The translations under genes were made by a program, and so were the position numbers. From contig CAZKVS010000003.1 of the NCBI GenBank assembly GCA_964556325.1, positions 4,219-68,218 of the forward strand: 64,000 nucleotides of DNA. The letters run 5' to 3'. This stretch comes from an uncultured Candidatus Saccharibacteria bacterium (lineage in GTDB: Bacteria; Patescibacteriota; Doudnabacteria; UBA920). Below, one piece after another: positions 36,945 to 46,673 of this stretch. A model generated the notes under the pieces. It was not told the origin of the DNA. It worked only from the letters and a program-made list of their open reading frames with translations, and made no database searches. The number at the start of each line of letters is the position of its first letter. Positions within the stretch are counted from its first letter, which is position 1.

Positions 36945-37360
36945 ACTCTACGTTTTCTACTACTGAAAGCGGTTGTTATAACCGAAACAAATCCGCACAA
37001 TATAACACCCCATACTACATCTACAACTGCCAATACCAAAGGCCATTGCCGCATGAGAGCTACGTTAGTGCCGTTATACACCCCATACACCACTAGACCA
37101 AACATCGCACCCCATACAAAAGACGAAAACAAAAAGCGACTCGCCCGCGGCACTACAAACATAACCATTCCCATCGCCAACAAAGTGTATGTAATGAGCG
37201 CTGGCATCCAATGTATTCCCGCCTGCATTGAACCAGCTGGCAACAAAAGGGACTCCAAGCGCGTCCGGTAAAATGTGCGCATGACCACTCCAAGCCACAA
37301 GTAATCCAAGGCTCCAAACGCTACTCCGGCTACTACAATACGCTTTACCAGTTCTAGCAT
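36941..37360 (-). CDS. DUF2177 family membrane protein
   Basis: D.LWLG....FY, YGVYN.TN.A....WP....VDV.WG. Confidence 0.88.
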   Translation of the reverse strand: MLELVKRIVVAGVAFGALDYLWLGVVMRTFYRTRLESLLLPAGSMQAGIHWMPALITYTLLAMGMVMFVVPRASRFLFSSFVWGAMFGLVVYGVYNGTNVALMRQWPLVLAVVDVVWGVILCGFVSVITTAFSSRKRRV

Positions 37361-37362
37361 AT

Positions 37363-38424
37363 TTATCGGTTTAAAAATTCCTGGAACTCAGTTCGGTACA
37401 TTTCCACCATTGCTACAAACACAGCCATAATAATTGGCCCGAGCAATACACCAAGAAAGCCAAACACAGATACGCCCCCGAGCACGGCAAGTAGCATGAG
37501 CAACGGATGCACTTGCGTAGCCCGACCGAGCATGCGCGGACCGAGAATGTTATCAATCAAGCCCACAGCAACTGCGCCCCATATTAAAAGACCTATTGCT
37601 TGAGAGGTATGTCCAATAACGAATAAGTAAACTACCGCCGGTATAAGGACTAACGAAGTTCCCACCGTTGGCACGAGCGCCGCGATGGCCGTACACACGC
37701 CCCACAAAAATGGATTTTGTAAACCAAAGATAAGAAAACCAATAGTAGCTACTATACCTTGTATGAGTGCGGTTAGGAACGACCCTTTTACCACACCGGT
37801 GACTGCTGTAGCCACCTTAGTAAACAATATCTGCTCTTGGGCGTCTTCTATAGGAGATATATCTACGAGCGCTTGTTCAAACACATGCCCGTCTTTCAAC
37901 ATGTAATACGTAGTAAATAAGGTCAAGAAAAAGGATAAGGCAAATGTAGCCACGTTGGAAAGCAAGCTTCCAAACGTCTGGAGCGCATTCGCAGAAAGCT
38001 TAGAGGCAAAGGTGCTCAAGTCTTGCAAACCAGTTACCACAAAACTTTGCACATGAGCAGGCAAACTGGCTATGAGTTGAGTTTGATCAAACACAACCTC
38101 ACCACGGGAAAAACTATCGTAAAAACCAACGGCTTCGTTGAACACCAACAAGCTTATGAGCGCCAAGGGAACGAGCGCTAACAATAATATGGATGCAATG
38201 GTTGCGAGTGCCGCCAGCCCTCGAGCTTGCATGTGTTTATGAAAATGGTGAAAGACCGGGCGAAACAACACCGCCAAAATGAACCCAAGGACAAGCACTT
38301 GTAGAAATGGCCGCACCACCGCAAACACTAGGCCGGCCGTGACCAGCAAAACAAACAAAAAGCTCACTACTTGAATTCTTTTTTGCACACTCAATAACTT
38401 TGGTTCTATAGATTTTGATTTCAT
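37363..38424 (-). CDS. AI-2E family transporter
   Basis: ALIQG, P.VGT..V..P, IDNILGP, FG..G..LGP. Confidence 0.9.
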   Translation of the reverse strand: MKSKSIEPKLLSVQKRIQVVSFLFVLLVTAGLVFAVVRPFLQVLVLGFILAVLFRPVFHHFHKHMQARGLAALATIASILLLALVPLALISLLVFNEAVGFYDSFSRGEVVFDQTQLIASLPAHVQSFVVTGLQDLSTFASKLSANALQTFGSLLSNVATFALSFFLTLFTTYYMLKDGHVFEQALVDISPIEDAQEQILFTKVATAVTGVVKGSFLTALIQGIVATIGFLIFGLQNPFLWGVCTAIAALVPTVGTSLVLIPAVVYLFVIGHTSQAIGLLIWGAVAVGLIDNILGPRMLGRATQVHPLLMLLAVLGGVSVFGFLGVLLGPIIMAVFVAMVEMYRTEFQEFLNR

Positions 38425-38530
38425 ATATGTCTTATTTATTACAGTATAGCAACAAATTTTACGGCCAGTCGAATGCCCGCGCCCACAGATCAGACGCGCT
38501 AACCCCATGCATATAAGTAGGCAAAATAAG

Positions 38531-38559
38531 TTGACTTTATTATATTTTTATGGTAATAT
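38531..38559 (+). promoter_or_regulatory. sigma70-type promoter
   Basis: TTGACT-N17-TAATAT with TGn extension. Confidence 0.55.
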
Positions 38560-38655
38560 ACCAAAGCCTTTTTCAAGGCTTTATTGTTCACGTTCCGTCA
38601 CATAACCAAAAAACGACAGCGCATGATACTACCATCAATATGAGGAGGAAACCTG

Positions 38656-38823
38656 ATGGCAGACGAAAACGACAAGAATGCAACTAGCAGTAGCAAAAGC
38701 CGATTAGCCTTGCAGGCCAGATCCGCCGCGGGCGGAAAATGGGTGAAGAAAGATTCCCAAAAACCTTCTGCAGAACGGATCAAAATTCGGGATGCCCTAC
38801 GCAGGGCACAAAAAAGTGACTAA
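38656..38823 (+). CDS. 55-aa basic small protein (not in ORF track)
   Basis: Strong SD GAGGAGG, then MADENDKNATSSSKSRLALQARSAAGGKWVKKDSQKPSAERIKIRDALRRAQKSD*. Confidence 0.55.
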   Translation: MADENDKNATSSSKSRLALQARSAAGGKWVKKDSQKPSAERIKIRDALRRAQKSD

Positions 38824-38960
38824 TTTGCCACCAAAACTACCTGGGAGAAGAGACGGAACTTCTCCCATTTATTTAAAAATCAAATTTGCTCAATAATATA
38901 ATACATATTATACTTACCTAAGTTTTGAAGGGCCCGGTATGGGCGTTTTTTATTAATAAG

Positions 38961-39066
38961 CGATACAAATCAACAAATTCATGCGAATCTGTGAATGCAC
39001 TACGAACAGTTGGTTAGGTGCTTCGTAGGCTATTCGTAGATTCGAATCATTGGTAGTTTCGCATCG
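38961..39066. repeat. degenerate inverted repeat element (CGAAT/ATTCG units) upstream of typA
   Basis: CGATACAAAT..GCGAATCTGTGAAT..CTACGAA / TTCGTAG..ATTCGTAGATTCGAAT..TTTCGCATCG. Confidence 0.6.
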
Positions 39067-39074
39067 GTATACAT

Positions 39075-40907
39075 ATGAAGAGAGACAACATCCGCAACAT
39101 TGCCATTATTGCCCACGTTGACCATGGGAAAACCACTTTGGTGGACGCCATGCTCAAGCAGACCCACACCGTGAAAGATGATGGCGGGAGTTTAATTATG
39201 GACTCCGGGGACTTGGAGCGAGAGCGCGGTATTACTATTCGAGCAAAAAATGCATCTTTGGTTTACAAGGATGTAAAAATTAACATTGTAGACACTCCCG
39301 GTCACGCAGACTTTGGCGGTGAAGTAGAGCGCACCCTCCGCATGGCCGACGGTGTACTCTTGTTGGTGGACGCCAAAGAAGGCCCTATGCCTCAAACTAA
39401 GTTCGTACTTAAGAAGGCTTTGGAACTTGGACACCGGGCTATTGTGGTTATAAACAAAGTAGACAAGCCTGATGCGCAAATTGACCATACTATAAACAAA
39501 ACATTTGACCTGTTTGTACACTTGGGCGCGAACGATGAGCAGCTAGAATTTCCAATTATTTATGCCAGCGGCATCCGTGGTCTTACCAGTACTGATCCGG
39601 AAAAACTAAAGACACAAATTGCCGACCCTGCTACCCCACCGAACATAACCGATTTATTTGAAGCGGTTATTAAGTATATCCCCGCACCGGAAGTGCAAAG
39701 TGAAGAACCGTTCGGTATGCTAGTCTTGGCTATTTCTTACGACAACTACATTGGTAAAATTGGCGTAGGTAAAATTACTGCCGGTAAAGTAGTAAAAGGC
39801 CAACAACTCGCCAAAATTAAACACGATGGTAGCAAGACTGTCTCCAAAGTTACGGCGTTGCAAATGTACCAGGGCATGAAAGCCATTGATGCAGTAGAAG
39901 CAGAAGCCGGAGACATTGTGGCTATTGCTGGTTTTGATGATATTCAAATTGGCGAAACCTTAGCTGACGCACAAAACCCTGTACAAATTCCTCCGGTACA
40001 CGTAGAACCGCCAACAGTTAAGATGACCTTTGGCGTAAACTCCTCCCCCTTCGCCGGTAAAGAAGGTAAGCTCGTTACGTCTCGTAACATTCGAGATCGC
40101 CTCTACAAGGAGTTAGAAACCAATGTTGCCTTAAATGTAGAAGACACTGACCAAGGTGACACCTTCCTTGTGTCTGGCCGTGGCGAGCTGCACTTAGCGG
40201 TGCTAATTGAAACCATGCGCCGCGAAGGTTTTGAGCTCCAAGTTTCTCAGCCGCAGGTTATTTTCCACGAAGAAAACGGTACCAAAATGGAACCATACGA
40301 AATGGTTACTGTGGATGTTCCAAGCGAGTACCAAGGTACTATTATTGAAGAAATTGGCAAACGAGCAGGTACTATGCTGTCTATGGACACCACCCCGAAC
40401 GGCGATGTGCACTTGGAATACAATATGCCAACTCGCGGTTTAATTGGTCTTAAGAACTTATTACTTACCCGTACCCGCGGTACGGCAATAATCAATAACT
40501 TGTTCGATAGCTATAAAGCAGTCCACGACATGGACACCCATGCCAACGACCACGGTTCGCTTATTGCCTCAGAACCTGGCACTTCCAATGCCTATGGTCT
40601 TAACAACGCGCAAGAGCGTGGCATTATGTTCATTGGTCCTGCCGTAGATGTCTACGAAGGTATGGTAGTGGGTCAAAATGCGCTTGATAACGACATTGAG
40701 CTCAACGTCTGTAAAACCAAGAAGCTCACCAACATGCGTTCGAGTGGTGCGGATGACGCGATTATCCTCGTTCCCCCTCGCCCAATTGAACTAGACTTTG
40801 CCATGGAATACATTGGCCCTGATGAACTCGTAGAGGTCACACCAAAGTCCATCCGTATTCGCAAGCGCATTCTCAATGCCGGCGACCGCAAGCGAGCATC
40901 TCGCTAA
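39075..40907 (+). CDS. typA: translational GTPase TypA/BipA
   Basis: [40 protein letters not shown]-terminal [12 protein letters not shown] and [11 protein letters not shown]. Confidence 0.97.
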   Translation: MKRDNIRNIAIIAHVDHGKTTLVDAMLKQTHTVKDDGGSLIMDSGDLERERGITIRAKNASLVYKDVKINIVDTPGHADFGGEVERTLRMADGVLLLVDAKEGPMPQTKFVLKKALELGHRAIVVINKVDKPDAQIDHTINKTFDLFVHLGANDEQLEFPIIYASGIRGLTSTDPEKLKTQIADPATPPNITDLFEAVIKYIPAPEVQSEEPFGMLVLAISYDNYIGKIGVGKITAGKVVKGQQLAKIKHDGSKTVSKVTALQMYQGMKAIDAVEAEAGDIVAIAGFDDIQIGETLADAQNPVQIPPVHVEPPTVKMTFGVNSSPFAGKEGKLVTSRNIRDRLYKELETNVALNVEDTDQGDTFLVSGRGELHLAVLIETMRREGFELQVSQPQVIFHEENGTKMEPYEMVTVDVPSEYQGTIIEEIGKRAGTMLSMDTTPNGDVHLEYNMPTRGLIGLKNLLLTRTRGTAIINNLFDSYKAVHDMDTHANDHGSLIASEPGTSNAYGLNNAQERGIMFIGPAVDVYEGMVVGQNALDNDIELNVCKTKKLTNMRSSGADDAIILVPPRPIELDFAMEYIGPDELVEVTPKSIRIRKRILNAGDRKRASR

Positions 40908-40923
40908 TCCGATTACAAATACA

Positions 40924-40955
40924 AAAAGCCCTCCGGTAGACACCGGAGGGCTTTT
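40924..40955. terminator. intrinsic terminator
   Basis: AAAAAGCCCTCCGGT-AGAC-ACCGGAGGGCTTTT. Confidence 0.8.
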
Positions 40956-41014
40956 AAGTTTCATTGATTGACATTATTTAATCAATTAATTATTTTGTCT
41001 TCTCATTCCTCTTC

Positions 41015-41614
41015 CTACTTTGAACTTGCAGTTGTGGCGTTTCGGTACTTATCCCAAAGCGGCAGCCACTTATCGCGAAACACGGCGAGTAAAACTGTAT
41101 CCACGTAACCTCCGTTCTTCCAGTAGTCCTGTATAAGCCTCCCCTCCTCTACATATCCGCACTTAGCAGCATAGGCAAGGCTGCGTTCGTTAAAATTGTA
41201 GACCCGGGAACGGATTTTCCTGAGGTTGAGGATGTTAAAGGCATAATCCAGCAAAATCATTTTTGCATCTGTGCCATATCCTCCTCCCCAATACTCAGGC
41301 TCGCCGATAACCGTTCCGGTCGTAGCTGTACCACTGTGCTGGCTTATATCGTGCAAACCAATACTCCCAATGAGACGCTTATCACTCAAAGTCTCAATGC
41401 CAAATACTTTATGATTTGGTCGTTTTGGCAACCCTTCCAACCACTCCCGCTCCTCGGTTAAACTCAAAGGTGGGTTACGTTTAAGAAACTGAGTGACTAA
41501 TGGATTATTCATCCATTTACACAAGGTTTCTGCATCGGTCATTTCAAATAACCGAAGCCGAACCTTAAAGCCATACGGAAACCCAACTGGATATACTGCG
41601 TGTTCTGCTAACAT
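41015..41614 (-). CDS. RimJ/RimL-type GNAT N-acetyltransferase
   Basis: IG.I.L, YWG.GYGTDA, YAF..LNLRKI, N.RS.....KCGY..EG; GGAGGA SD before the ATG at 41614. Confidence 0.9.
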   Translation of the reverse strand: MLAEHAVYPVGFPYGFKVRLRLFEMTDAETLCKWMNNPLVTQFLKRNPPLSLTEEREWLEGLPKRPNHKVFGIETLSDKRLIGSIGLHDISQHSGTATTGTVIGEPEYWGGGYGTDAKMILLDYAFNILNLRKIRSRVYNFNERSLAYAAKCGYVEEGRLIQDYWKNGGYVDTVLLAVFRDKWLPLWDKYRNATTASSK

Positions 41615-41953
41615 GTTAATTCCTCCATACAGTTGTTTTTGCATCAAGACAACACAAAGCAAACAAAAATGCCTTGGCCATCTTGCCAAGGCAGCTCTTT
41701 ATTTTGGAATTAAAAGTATCTTAAATCCTAAACCACGTCGGCCTCGACCGACCTGGTAAACAAATGCCCAAGCAAAATAACCACCCGACTTCCATTTTGG
41801 GTAGCAGAAACGTACATAGTATGCTTAGGGATGTATAATTTAGGCATATAATTCAATATTAAATATATTATACTATAAAAACAATAATAAAGCAAATAAA
41901 ATAAAACGGCCCCGTAAAGGGCCGCTTTTTACTATACCCACAAGAATATTTAC

Positions 41954-42961
41954 CTATTGCTGGGTCCCTGTTGCAGAGGTCGCGGTCTTGGCTGCATCTG
42001 CACATGCCTGCAACGCAGCTTTTCTTGTGTCCTGAGCTGCCTTAAGCGCAGTTTTCCTTGTTTCTATGGCCGTCTTCTTTGCAGTAGCGGACTTGTCTTG
42101 CGCCGCCTTTTTCGCTGCGGTATCGTTACCCGCAGCAGTTAAGTCTGACTTCAAAGTTTCTCGTGCGGTTTTAAGCGAAGCTTCGTAAGTGGTCTGGGTA
42201 GATTTATTTGCAGTCTTAAATGCGGTTTCCGCTGTTTTCCTGCACTCCTTCAACGTACTGGCCGCTGAAGTCTTTTTTTCACGCTTTTCTTGCTGTTCTT
42301 TTTTCTGTTGGTCAATCTTTGCTTTCCGTTCTTCTCGGGCAAGCTCGTTTTTATGATCCTGACTTTCGCTTGCCTCTCGCTGTTCAAGTTTTTGCACAAA
42401 GGCGTCAGGCAATGAAGATTTGTTTACCCCACCGGCCGGCTTTTGAAACTTATCCGTAAAATCACCGAGCACACTTGGATAGCCCGGTACGTGTACTTGG
42501 CTTACTACACATGGCTTATGAGCAGCTTGAACTGCAGCATCTTTTATCTTTAACGCTTCTGCGTTGGCTTTTATCTTTGCTGCCTTGGCGGTTTTTACAC
42601 TGGCCTGAAACTTTTCTCGCGCCAGCTTAGTTGCGGCAGCCTGTTGGTCTTTTGGTAACGCTGCGGCGGCCTTAAGCTCATCTGCCAATATTGTACGGGC
42701 AGACTTTACTGCGTCATTGTAAGTTTTCTCATTTAACTTTACTACAGTGGTAAAGGCATCCCGAGCTGCCTTACTGTCAGCGCGGCATTTGTCTAACTGC
42801 TTAATCCGCTGCTCTCTCAGAGCTTTTGCTTGGTCCTTAGAAACGCTTGTCGGGGCTGCTGTACCCGTACTCGCGGTTTCAGCACGCACAAACTGTGCCC
42901 CGCCGGCAAAAACCACCGTCGCGACTAAAAAACTAACACCTACTTTATTTATTTTTATCAT
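41954..42961 (-). CDS. secreted Ala/Lys-rich helical protein with an internal duplication
   Basis: Signal peptide ending VRA; two similar helical repeats. Confidence 0.75.
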   Translation of the reverse strand: MIKINKVGVSFLVATVVFAGGAQFVRAETASTGTAAPTSVSKDQAKALREQRIKQLDKCRADSKAARDAFTTVVKLNEKTYNDAVKSARTILADELKAAAALPKDQQAAATKLAREKFQASVKTAKAAKIKANAEALKIKDAAVQAAHKPCVVSQVHVPGYPSVLGDFTDKFQKPAGGVNKSSLPDAFVQKLEQREASESQDHKNELAREERKAKIDQQKKEQQEKREKKTSAASTLKECRKTAETAFKTANKSTQTTYEASLKTARETLKSDLTAAGNDTAAKKAAQDKSATAKKTAIETRKTALKAAQDTRKAALQACADAAKTATSATGTQQ

Positions 42962-43029
42962 TGGTTTCCAGGCTAAACCACTCCGTTTAGCATCTTGTTA
43001 TTTAATACACATATTATACCACATTTCCT

Positions 43030-43995
43030 TTAAACCGCTTGTGCCAAAATTAACTCCAACACCACTCGCGCGGGTGTATTTGTAGTCTTCAACTCAAGGT
43101 CTAAACTTTCTAACTTAGACAACATCCCCTGCAGCATATCCGGTCTAAATGCATGTACATTCTTCTTGAGAACAAAAATACGGCCCGGTTTCCAGCCGGT
43201 AAGCGTCACTATCTCCCCTTCACTCATCCGGTGGTTCAGCGCGTCCTGTAGTAACAACAAACTACGAAATTGTTCTGCCAACAAACCCACCAGTTGTAAT
43301 GTACGGGTGGTTTCGTCTCCACCTTCAGTCTGAGCATAGTACTGCGCAAGTACCTGATATAAACGCGTGCGGTCTTTGCGCACTAAGGCATCAGAAACAG
43401 CCAGCCCAACTACCACCTGCTCTTCTGACACTAAGTGCTGCACTGCCTCAGCCGTGATAGTCTCGCCATTGCTGTACACAAGTAGTTTATTTAGCTCCTG
43501 GATGAGACGACCCAAGGAGACTTCAGCGGAAGCCCCGGGTAAACCCGACAGTTCAGAACCTAACCCTAGCCGCTGCAGCAACAACACAGCCTCTTGCCTA
43601 CAAAGTACTCCCCCACGCACTTTCGCCTGTGCAACAAGCCATTCAGGCAGCTGCTCCAAACCGGGAGCTAAAAATTCTTTGGCGTTTACCTGCGGATGAG
43701 CCAACAAATCTTTAGTAATCTTTAAACGCTTGTCTAGAGTAGACTCTGTAAATATAAGATGGTTGCTACTCGCCGCGAACTGCGGGATGGTTTTCTCTTG
43801 TAGCAAACTCGCTACCAACCCATCCAGTACAATAACCTGACCACCGGAAAATAAATCCTGAGCCAATAGCGCATCTATGCTTGCCGGTGGGTTGGACGCA
43901 CTAAAGTCTACCCGTACGAGACCGGTTTTTTTTATATGAGCCAAAATCTGTTCCTCTTTGGCGTATTCATTTGGCCCATACCAGACGTACAACAT
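43030..43995 (-). CDS. holA: DNA polymerase III subunit delta
   Basis: YVWYG.NEY, QDLF, LDKR, QELNKL..Y, IT...V..LV, C-terminal D..LKT. Confidence 0.8.
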   Translation of the reverse strand: MLYVWYGPNEYAKEEQILAHIKKTGLVRVDFSASNPPASIDALLAQDLFSGGQVIVLDGLVASLLQEKTIPQFAASSNHLIFTESTLDKRLKITKDLLAHPQVNAKEFLAPGLEQLPEWLVAQAKVRGGVLCRQEAVLLLQRLGLGSELSGLPGASAEVSLGRLIQELNKLLVYSNGETITAEAVQHLVSEEQVVVGLAVSDALVRKDRTRLYQVLAQYYAQTEGGDETTRTLQLVGLLAEQFRSLLLLQDALNHRMSEGEIVTLTGWKPGRIFVLKKNVHAFRPDMLQGMLSKLESLDLELKTTNTPARVVLELILAQAV

Positions 43996-44074
43996 ATTAC
44001 TTAGTATATCATTTCCTAAAATTCCTCTTGTGCTTGCCAAAAAAGCATTTTTTCGTTAAAATAATGTATATTTT

Positions 44075-44151
44075 GCACCTATAGCTCAACTGGATAGAGC
44101 ATCAGCCTTCGAAGCTGAGGGTTGCAGGTTCGACTCCTGCTGGGTGCACCA
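44075..44151 (+). tRNA. tRNA-Arg (TCG)
   Basis: GCACCTA/TGGGTGC acceptor, TCAGC-CTTCGAA-GCTGA anticodon arm, GGTTCGACTCC, encoded CCA. Confidence 0.95.
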
Positions 44152-44166
44152 TTTTTACCAAAACTC

Positions 44167-44520
44167 ATGAATCTAGATAGCGCTGTCTTTTACACCAATG
44201 CACTCGAACCCAGCATCCGCTTCTATCGTGATATTTTGGGTTTTACCGTAGAGTACGTACAAGATGACAAATTTGTATCTTTTATTTTTCCCAATGGTGC
44301 CCGACTTGGAATAAAGAAAAAAGTTGAAGACAGAGAAGTTCCTGGCGCCCAAACAGTTTTTATATCTATTCATACCGGGATTGAAGAACTGTATCAATCA
44401 TACAAAGATAAACAACTTTTCATATATAAAGAGCTAGTTGTGCAAGAATGGGGTAAAAATTTTAGCATACTTGACCCTGATAATAACAAAGTGCAATTTG
44501 TAGAAAAATCAGCTGCCTAA
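44167..44520 (+). CDS. VOC/glyoxalase family protein
   Basis: S.RFYRDILGF, WG..F...DPDNN. Confidence 0.85.
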   Translation: MNLDSAVFYTNALEPSIRFYRDILGFTVEYVQDDKFVSFIFPNGARLGIKKKVEDREVPGAQTVFISIHTGIEELYQSYKDKQLFIYKELVVQEWGKNFSILDPDNNKVQFVEKSAA

Positions 44521-44541
44521 GAGCACCTAATAATTTTTCCC

Positions 44542-45225
44542 ATGCAAGCAGTTATACTCGCCGCAGGACTGGGTTTACGACTTCGTCCATTTACCGAAAA
44601 ACACCCCAAAGGCCTTGTACCCATTGCTGGCAAGCCATTGCTTCTATGGACTTTGGACAGCCTACCCGACGCGATAACAGAAATAATTATTGTGACAGGC
44701 TGGTTGAGCGAACAAATTAAGATAGCACTCGGCACCTCCTACCAGGGCAAGCCTATACAGTACGTAGAGCAAATGCCACTGGATGGCACTGGCAGCGCGC
44801 TTCACCACGCGCGAACCTTGTTACACGACACTTTTTTGGTTGTAAACGGAGACGACATCTATACCAAAGAAGACCTAGCCAAATTAGCATCTTCACCCAA
44901 CTGGGCCATGCTGGCAAACACCACGACCAAACCACTAGCTGGCGCCCTGGCCGTGGACGCCTCAGGAGCTGTAACCGAGTTAGTCAACGACCAGAGTCAA
45001 AACGAAAAATGGATTAACTGCGGGGCATACCTGACAGATGTGCATTTCTTTGAGAGAACACTTGTAGGCATACCCGTTCGGGATAAAACCGAATACAGTC
45101 TCCCCCACACCCTCGTCCAAAACCCCGTGGAGCGCCACGTACGGCTCGTAGCGGCTACTAAATGGCTTCCTGTAGGCACCCCTGAAGAACTTGCCAAAGC
45201 CGAAAAAATACTAGATAATATATAG
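44542..45225 (+). CDS. sugar-phosphate nucleotidyltransferase family protein
   Basis: AVILAAGLG.RLRP.T...PK, GTG.AL, NGDD. Confidence 0.88.
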   Translation: MQAVILAAGLGLRLRPFTEKHPKGLVPIAGKPLLLWTLDSLPDAITEIIIVTGWLSEQIKIALGTSYQGKPIQYVEQMPLDGTGSALHHARTLLHDTFLVVNGDDIYTKEDLAKLASSPNWAMLANTTTKPLAGALAVDASGAVTELVNDQSQNEKWINCGAYLTDVHFFERTLVGIPVRDKTEYSLPHTLVQNPVERHVRLVAATKWLPVGTPEELAKAEKILDNI

Positions 45226-45250
45226 GCAATTTTACATTCTCGTCCCGTGC

Positions 45251-45300
45251 GCGCCCATAGCTCAGCTGGTAGATCCGCCGGCTGGCGGACTCTTAAGCAA
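45251..45300 (+). pseudogene. 5' half of tRNA-Lys interrupted by hairpin TCCGCC-GGCT-GGCGGA
   Basis: 23 nt identical to the tRNA-Lys start, then the hairpin, then CTCTTAAGCAA identical to the anticodon region. Confidence 0.85.
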
Positions 45301-45305
45301 AAGAT

Positions 45306-45566
45306 ATGTACACCACATATGTTATTTGCAACCAAACTGGTAAGATATATATTGGGCAAACAGAAAATCTAGTTCTGCGTTTAAAAAGACATAATCAAGA
45401 ATTGCCAAGCAAGTCGTCTTCTTATACCCATAAGAATAAAGGTCCCTGGAAAGTTATACATACAGAAAACTTTCTGACTCGTGCAGATGCCGTGACCCGC
45501 GAGAAAGAACTTAAAAACTTTCAAGGCAGGCAGTATATTAAAAATTTACTCAACATGCGCCCATAG
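45306..45566 (+). CDS. stand-alone GIY-YIG nuclease
   Basis: YTTYVI, KIYIGQT.NL..RL.RHN, YT....GPW, A..REKELK...GR; stop codon lies inside the tRNA. Confidence 0.92.
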   Translation: MYTTYVICNQTGKIYIGQTENLVLRLKRHNQELPSKSSSYTHKNKGPWKVIHTENFLTRADAVTREKELKNFQGRQYIKNLLNMRP

Positions 45567-45632
45567 CTCAGCTGGTAGAGCAGTTGCCTCTTAAGCAAAC
45601 GGTCACAGGTTCGATCCCTGTTGGGCGCACCA
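45557..45632 (+). tRNA. tRNA-Lys (CTT)
   Basis: GCGCCCA/TGGGCGC acceptor, CTCTTAA loop, GGTTCGATCCC, CCA; 76 nt. Confidence 0.93.
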
Positions 45633-45663
45633 ATAAAACACTCCACTCGGAGTGTTTTTATAT

Positions 45664-45775
45664 TAGCTCAGCTGGTAGATCCCGCTCAGCGGGACTTTAA
45701 ACGGACGGCCTCCCGGTGCCACACTACCATAGTTGCACCAATACAAAAAACACTCACCAAGAGTGTTTTTATATT
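45664..45775 (+). pseudogene. third degenerate tRNA-Lys fragment with hairpin TCCCGC-TCA-GCGGGA and duplicated terminator
   Basis: TAGCTCAGCTGGTAGA plus hairpin; the later GCACCAATA..AAAACACTC..GAGTGTTTTTATATT repeats 45627-45664. Confidence 0.7.
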
Positions 45776-45782
45776 TACTTTT

Positions 45783-46106
45783 TTACTGACCTTGCTTCGG
45801 CACCTCTTTGAATGGATTTATAGTTGGGGTAGCAATGGGTGCATAGGTCTCTGCAGATTGCTTACGCTCAGTGGCTTTCTTAAAATTCTGAAAGTTCACT
45901 CGGGTAGATTCCACTTCCCGAGCGCCCACGTCTTCGAACCTCACCCGGTATACCGCCGAGAGCGAACCCTGTAAGGCCCATAAGTCAGCCAATAACAAAA
46001 CTATTGCCGCTATCCATAGAGCGGTGCTCTGACTTATTTTTAAACCCTTCTTAGGACCCGCGGCAGGCTTTGGTTTCAGTTTTGCAATTATACTTTTAAA
46101 GTCCAT
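45783..46106 (-). CDS. small membrane protein at the end of the pil operon
   Basis: One TM, C-terminal NPF motif, follows pilO. Confidence 0.65.
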   Translation of the reverse strand: MDFKSIIAKLKPKPAAGPKKGLKISQSTALWIAAIVLLLADLWALQGSLSAVYRVRFEDVGAREVESTRVNFQNFKKATERKQSAETYAPIATPTINPFKEVPKQGQ

Positions 46107-46110
46107 ACTA

Positions 46111-46671
46111 TTATTTCCTTAGATAAAACACACCCGCCATGCTTGAAGTTACGGCATCCGCATCAGTAGCGCTTGAAGTAGAAGTTACGTTTACCGATCG
46201 CACCGTAAGCACAAAGCCCGCATGTTCTAACGCATCCATAAACTGCACTACATGCCCAAAGCTGCCTTGCACTTGCATGCTAAACGGTATGGTCACCAAG
46301 TCACTCGTCACCTGAGCCTTGGACGCTTGCGCGATTGTACCGGCCACGGAGAGAGTTAGTGCAAGATTCAACTTAGTTGCCTGTGATTCTATTTGGCTTA
46401 TTTCTTCGACCAGGGTTTCGTCACGACTAAATAAATCATCGGGAGCTATTTTCTCGTCCGAAACCTGTTTCAAATCTTTTTTAGCCAACTGAATATTTTG
46501 TTGCTGCTGCCGGAGTTCCAAAACGTCTTTCTTTTGAGTCAAAATTTGCTCCAGCTGACCAGCTTGCAGCGAGTCCAGCCATTGGAAACCGTATGCAAAC
46601 AAAAGCAAAGTCCCCACTGCAAATAAGGCTACGGTTCCGACTATTTTATTTTGATATGATGTTTTAGACAT
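46111..46671 (-). CDS. pilO: type IV pilus PilO-like protein
   Basis: TM, coiled coil, GSF..V.QF..ALE; operon position. Confidence 0.7.
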   Translation of the reverse strand: MSKTSYQNKIVGTVALFAVGTLLLFAYGFQWLDSLQAGQLEQILTQKKDVLELRQQQQNIQLAKKDLKQVSDEKIAPDDLFSRDETLVEEISQIESQATKLNLALTLSVAGTIAQASKAQVTSDLVTIPFSMQVQGSFGHVVQFMDALEHAGFVLTVRSVNVTSTSSATDADAVTSSMAGVFYLRK

Positions 46672-46673
46672 GT

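Noticed and set aside
44122-44166. Extended N-terminus of the VOC protein in the ORF track
   Set aside because: Begins inside tRNA-Arg; the ATG at 44167 is more plausible
45621-45974. 117-aa plus-strand ORF
   Set aside because: Runs through the tRNA end, terminators and antisense to a pil-operon gene
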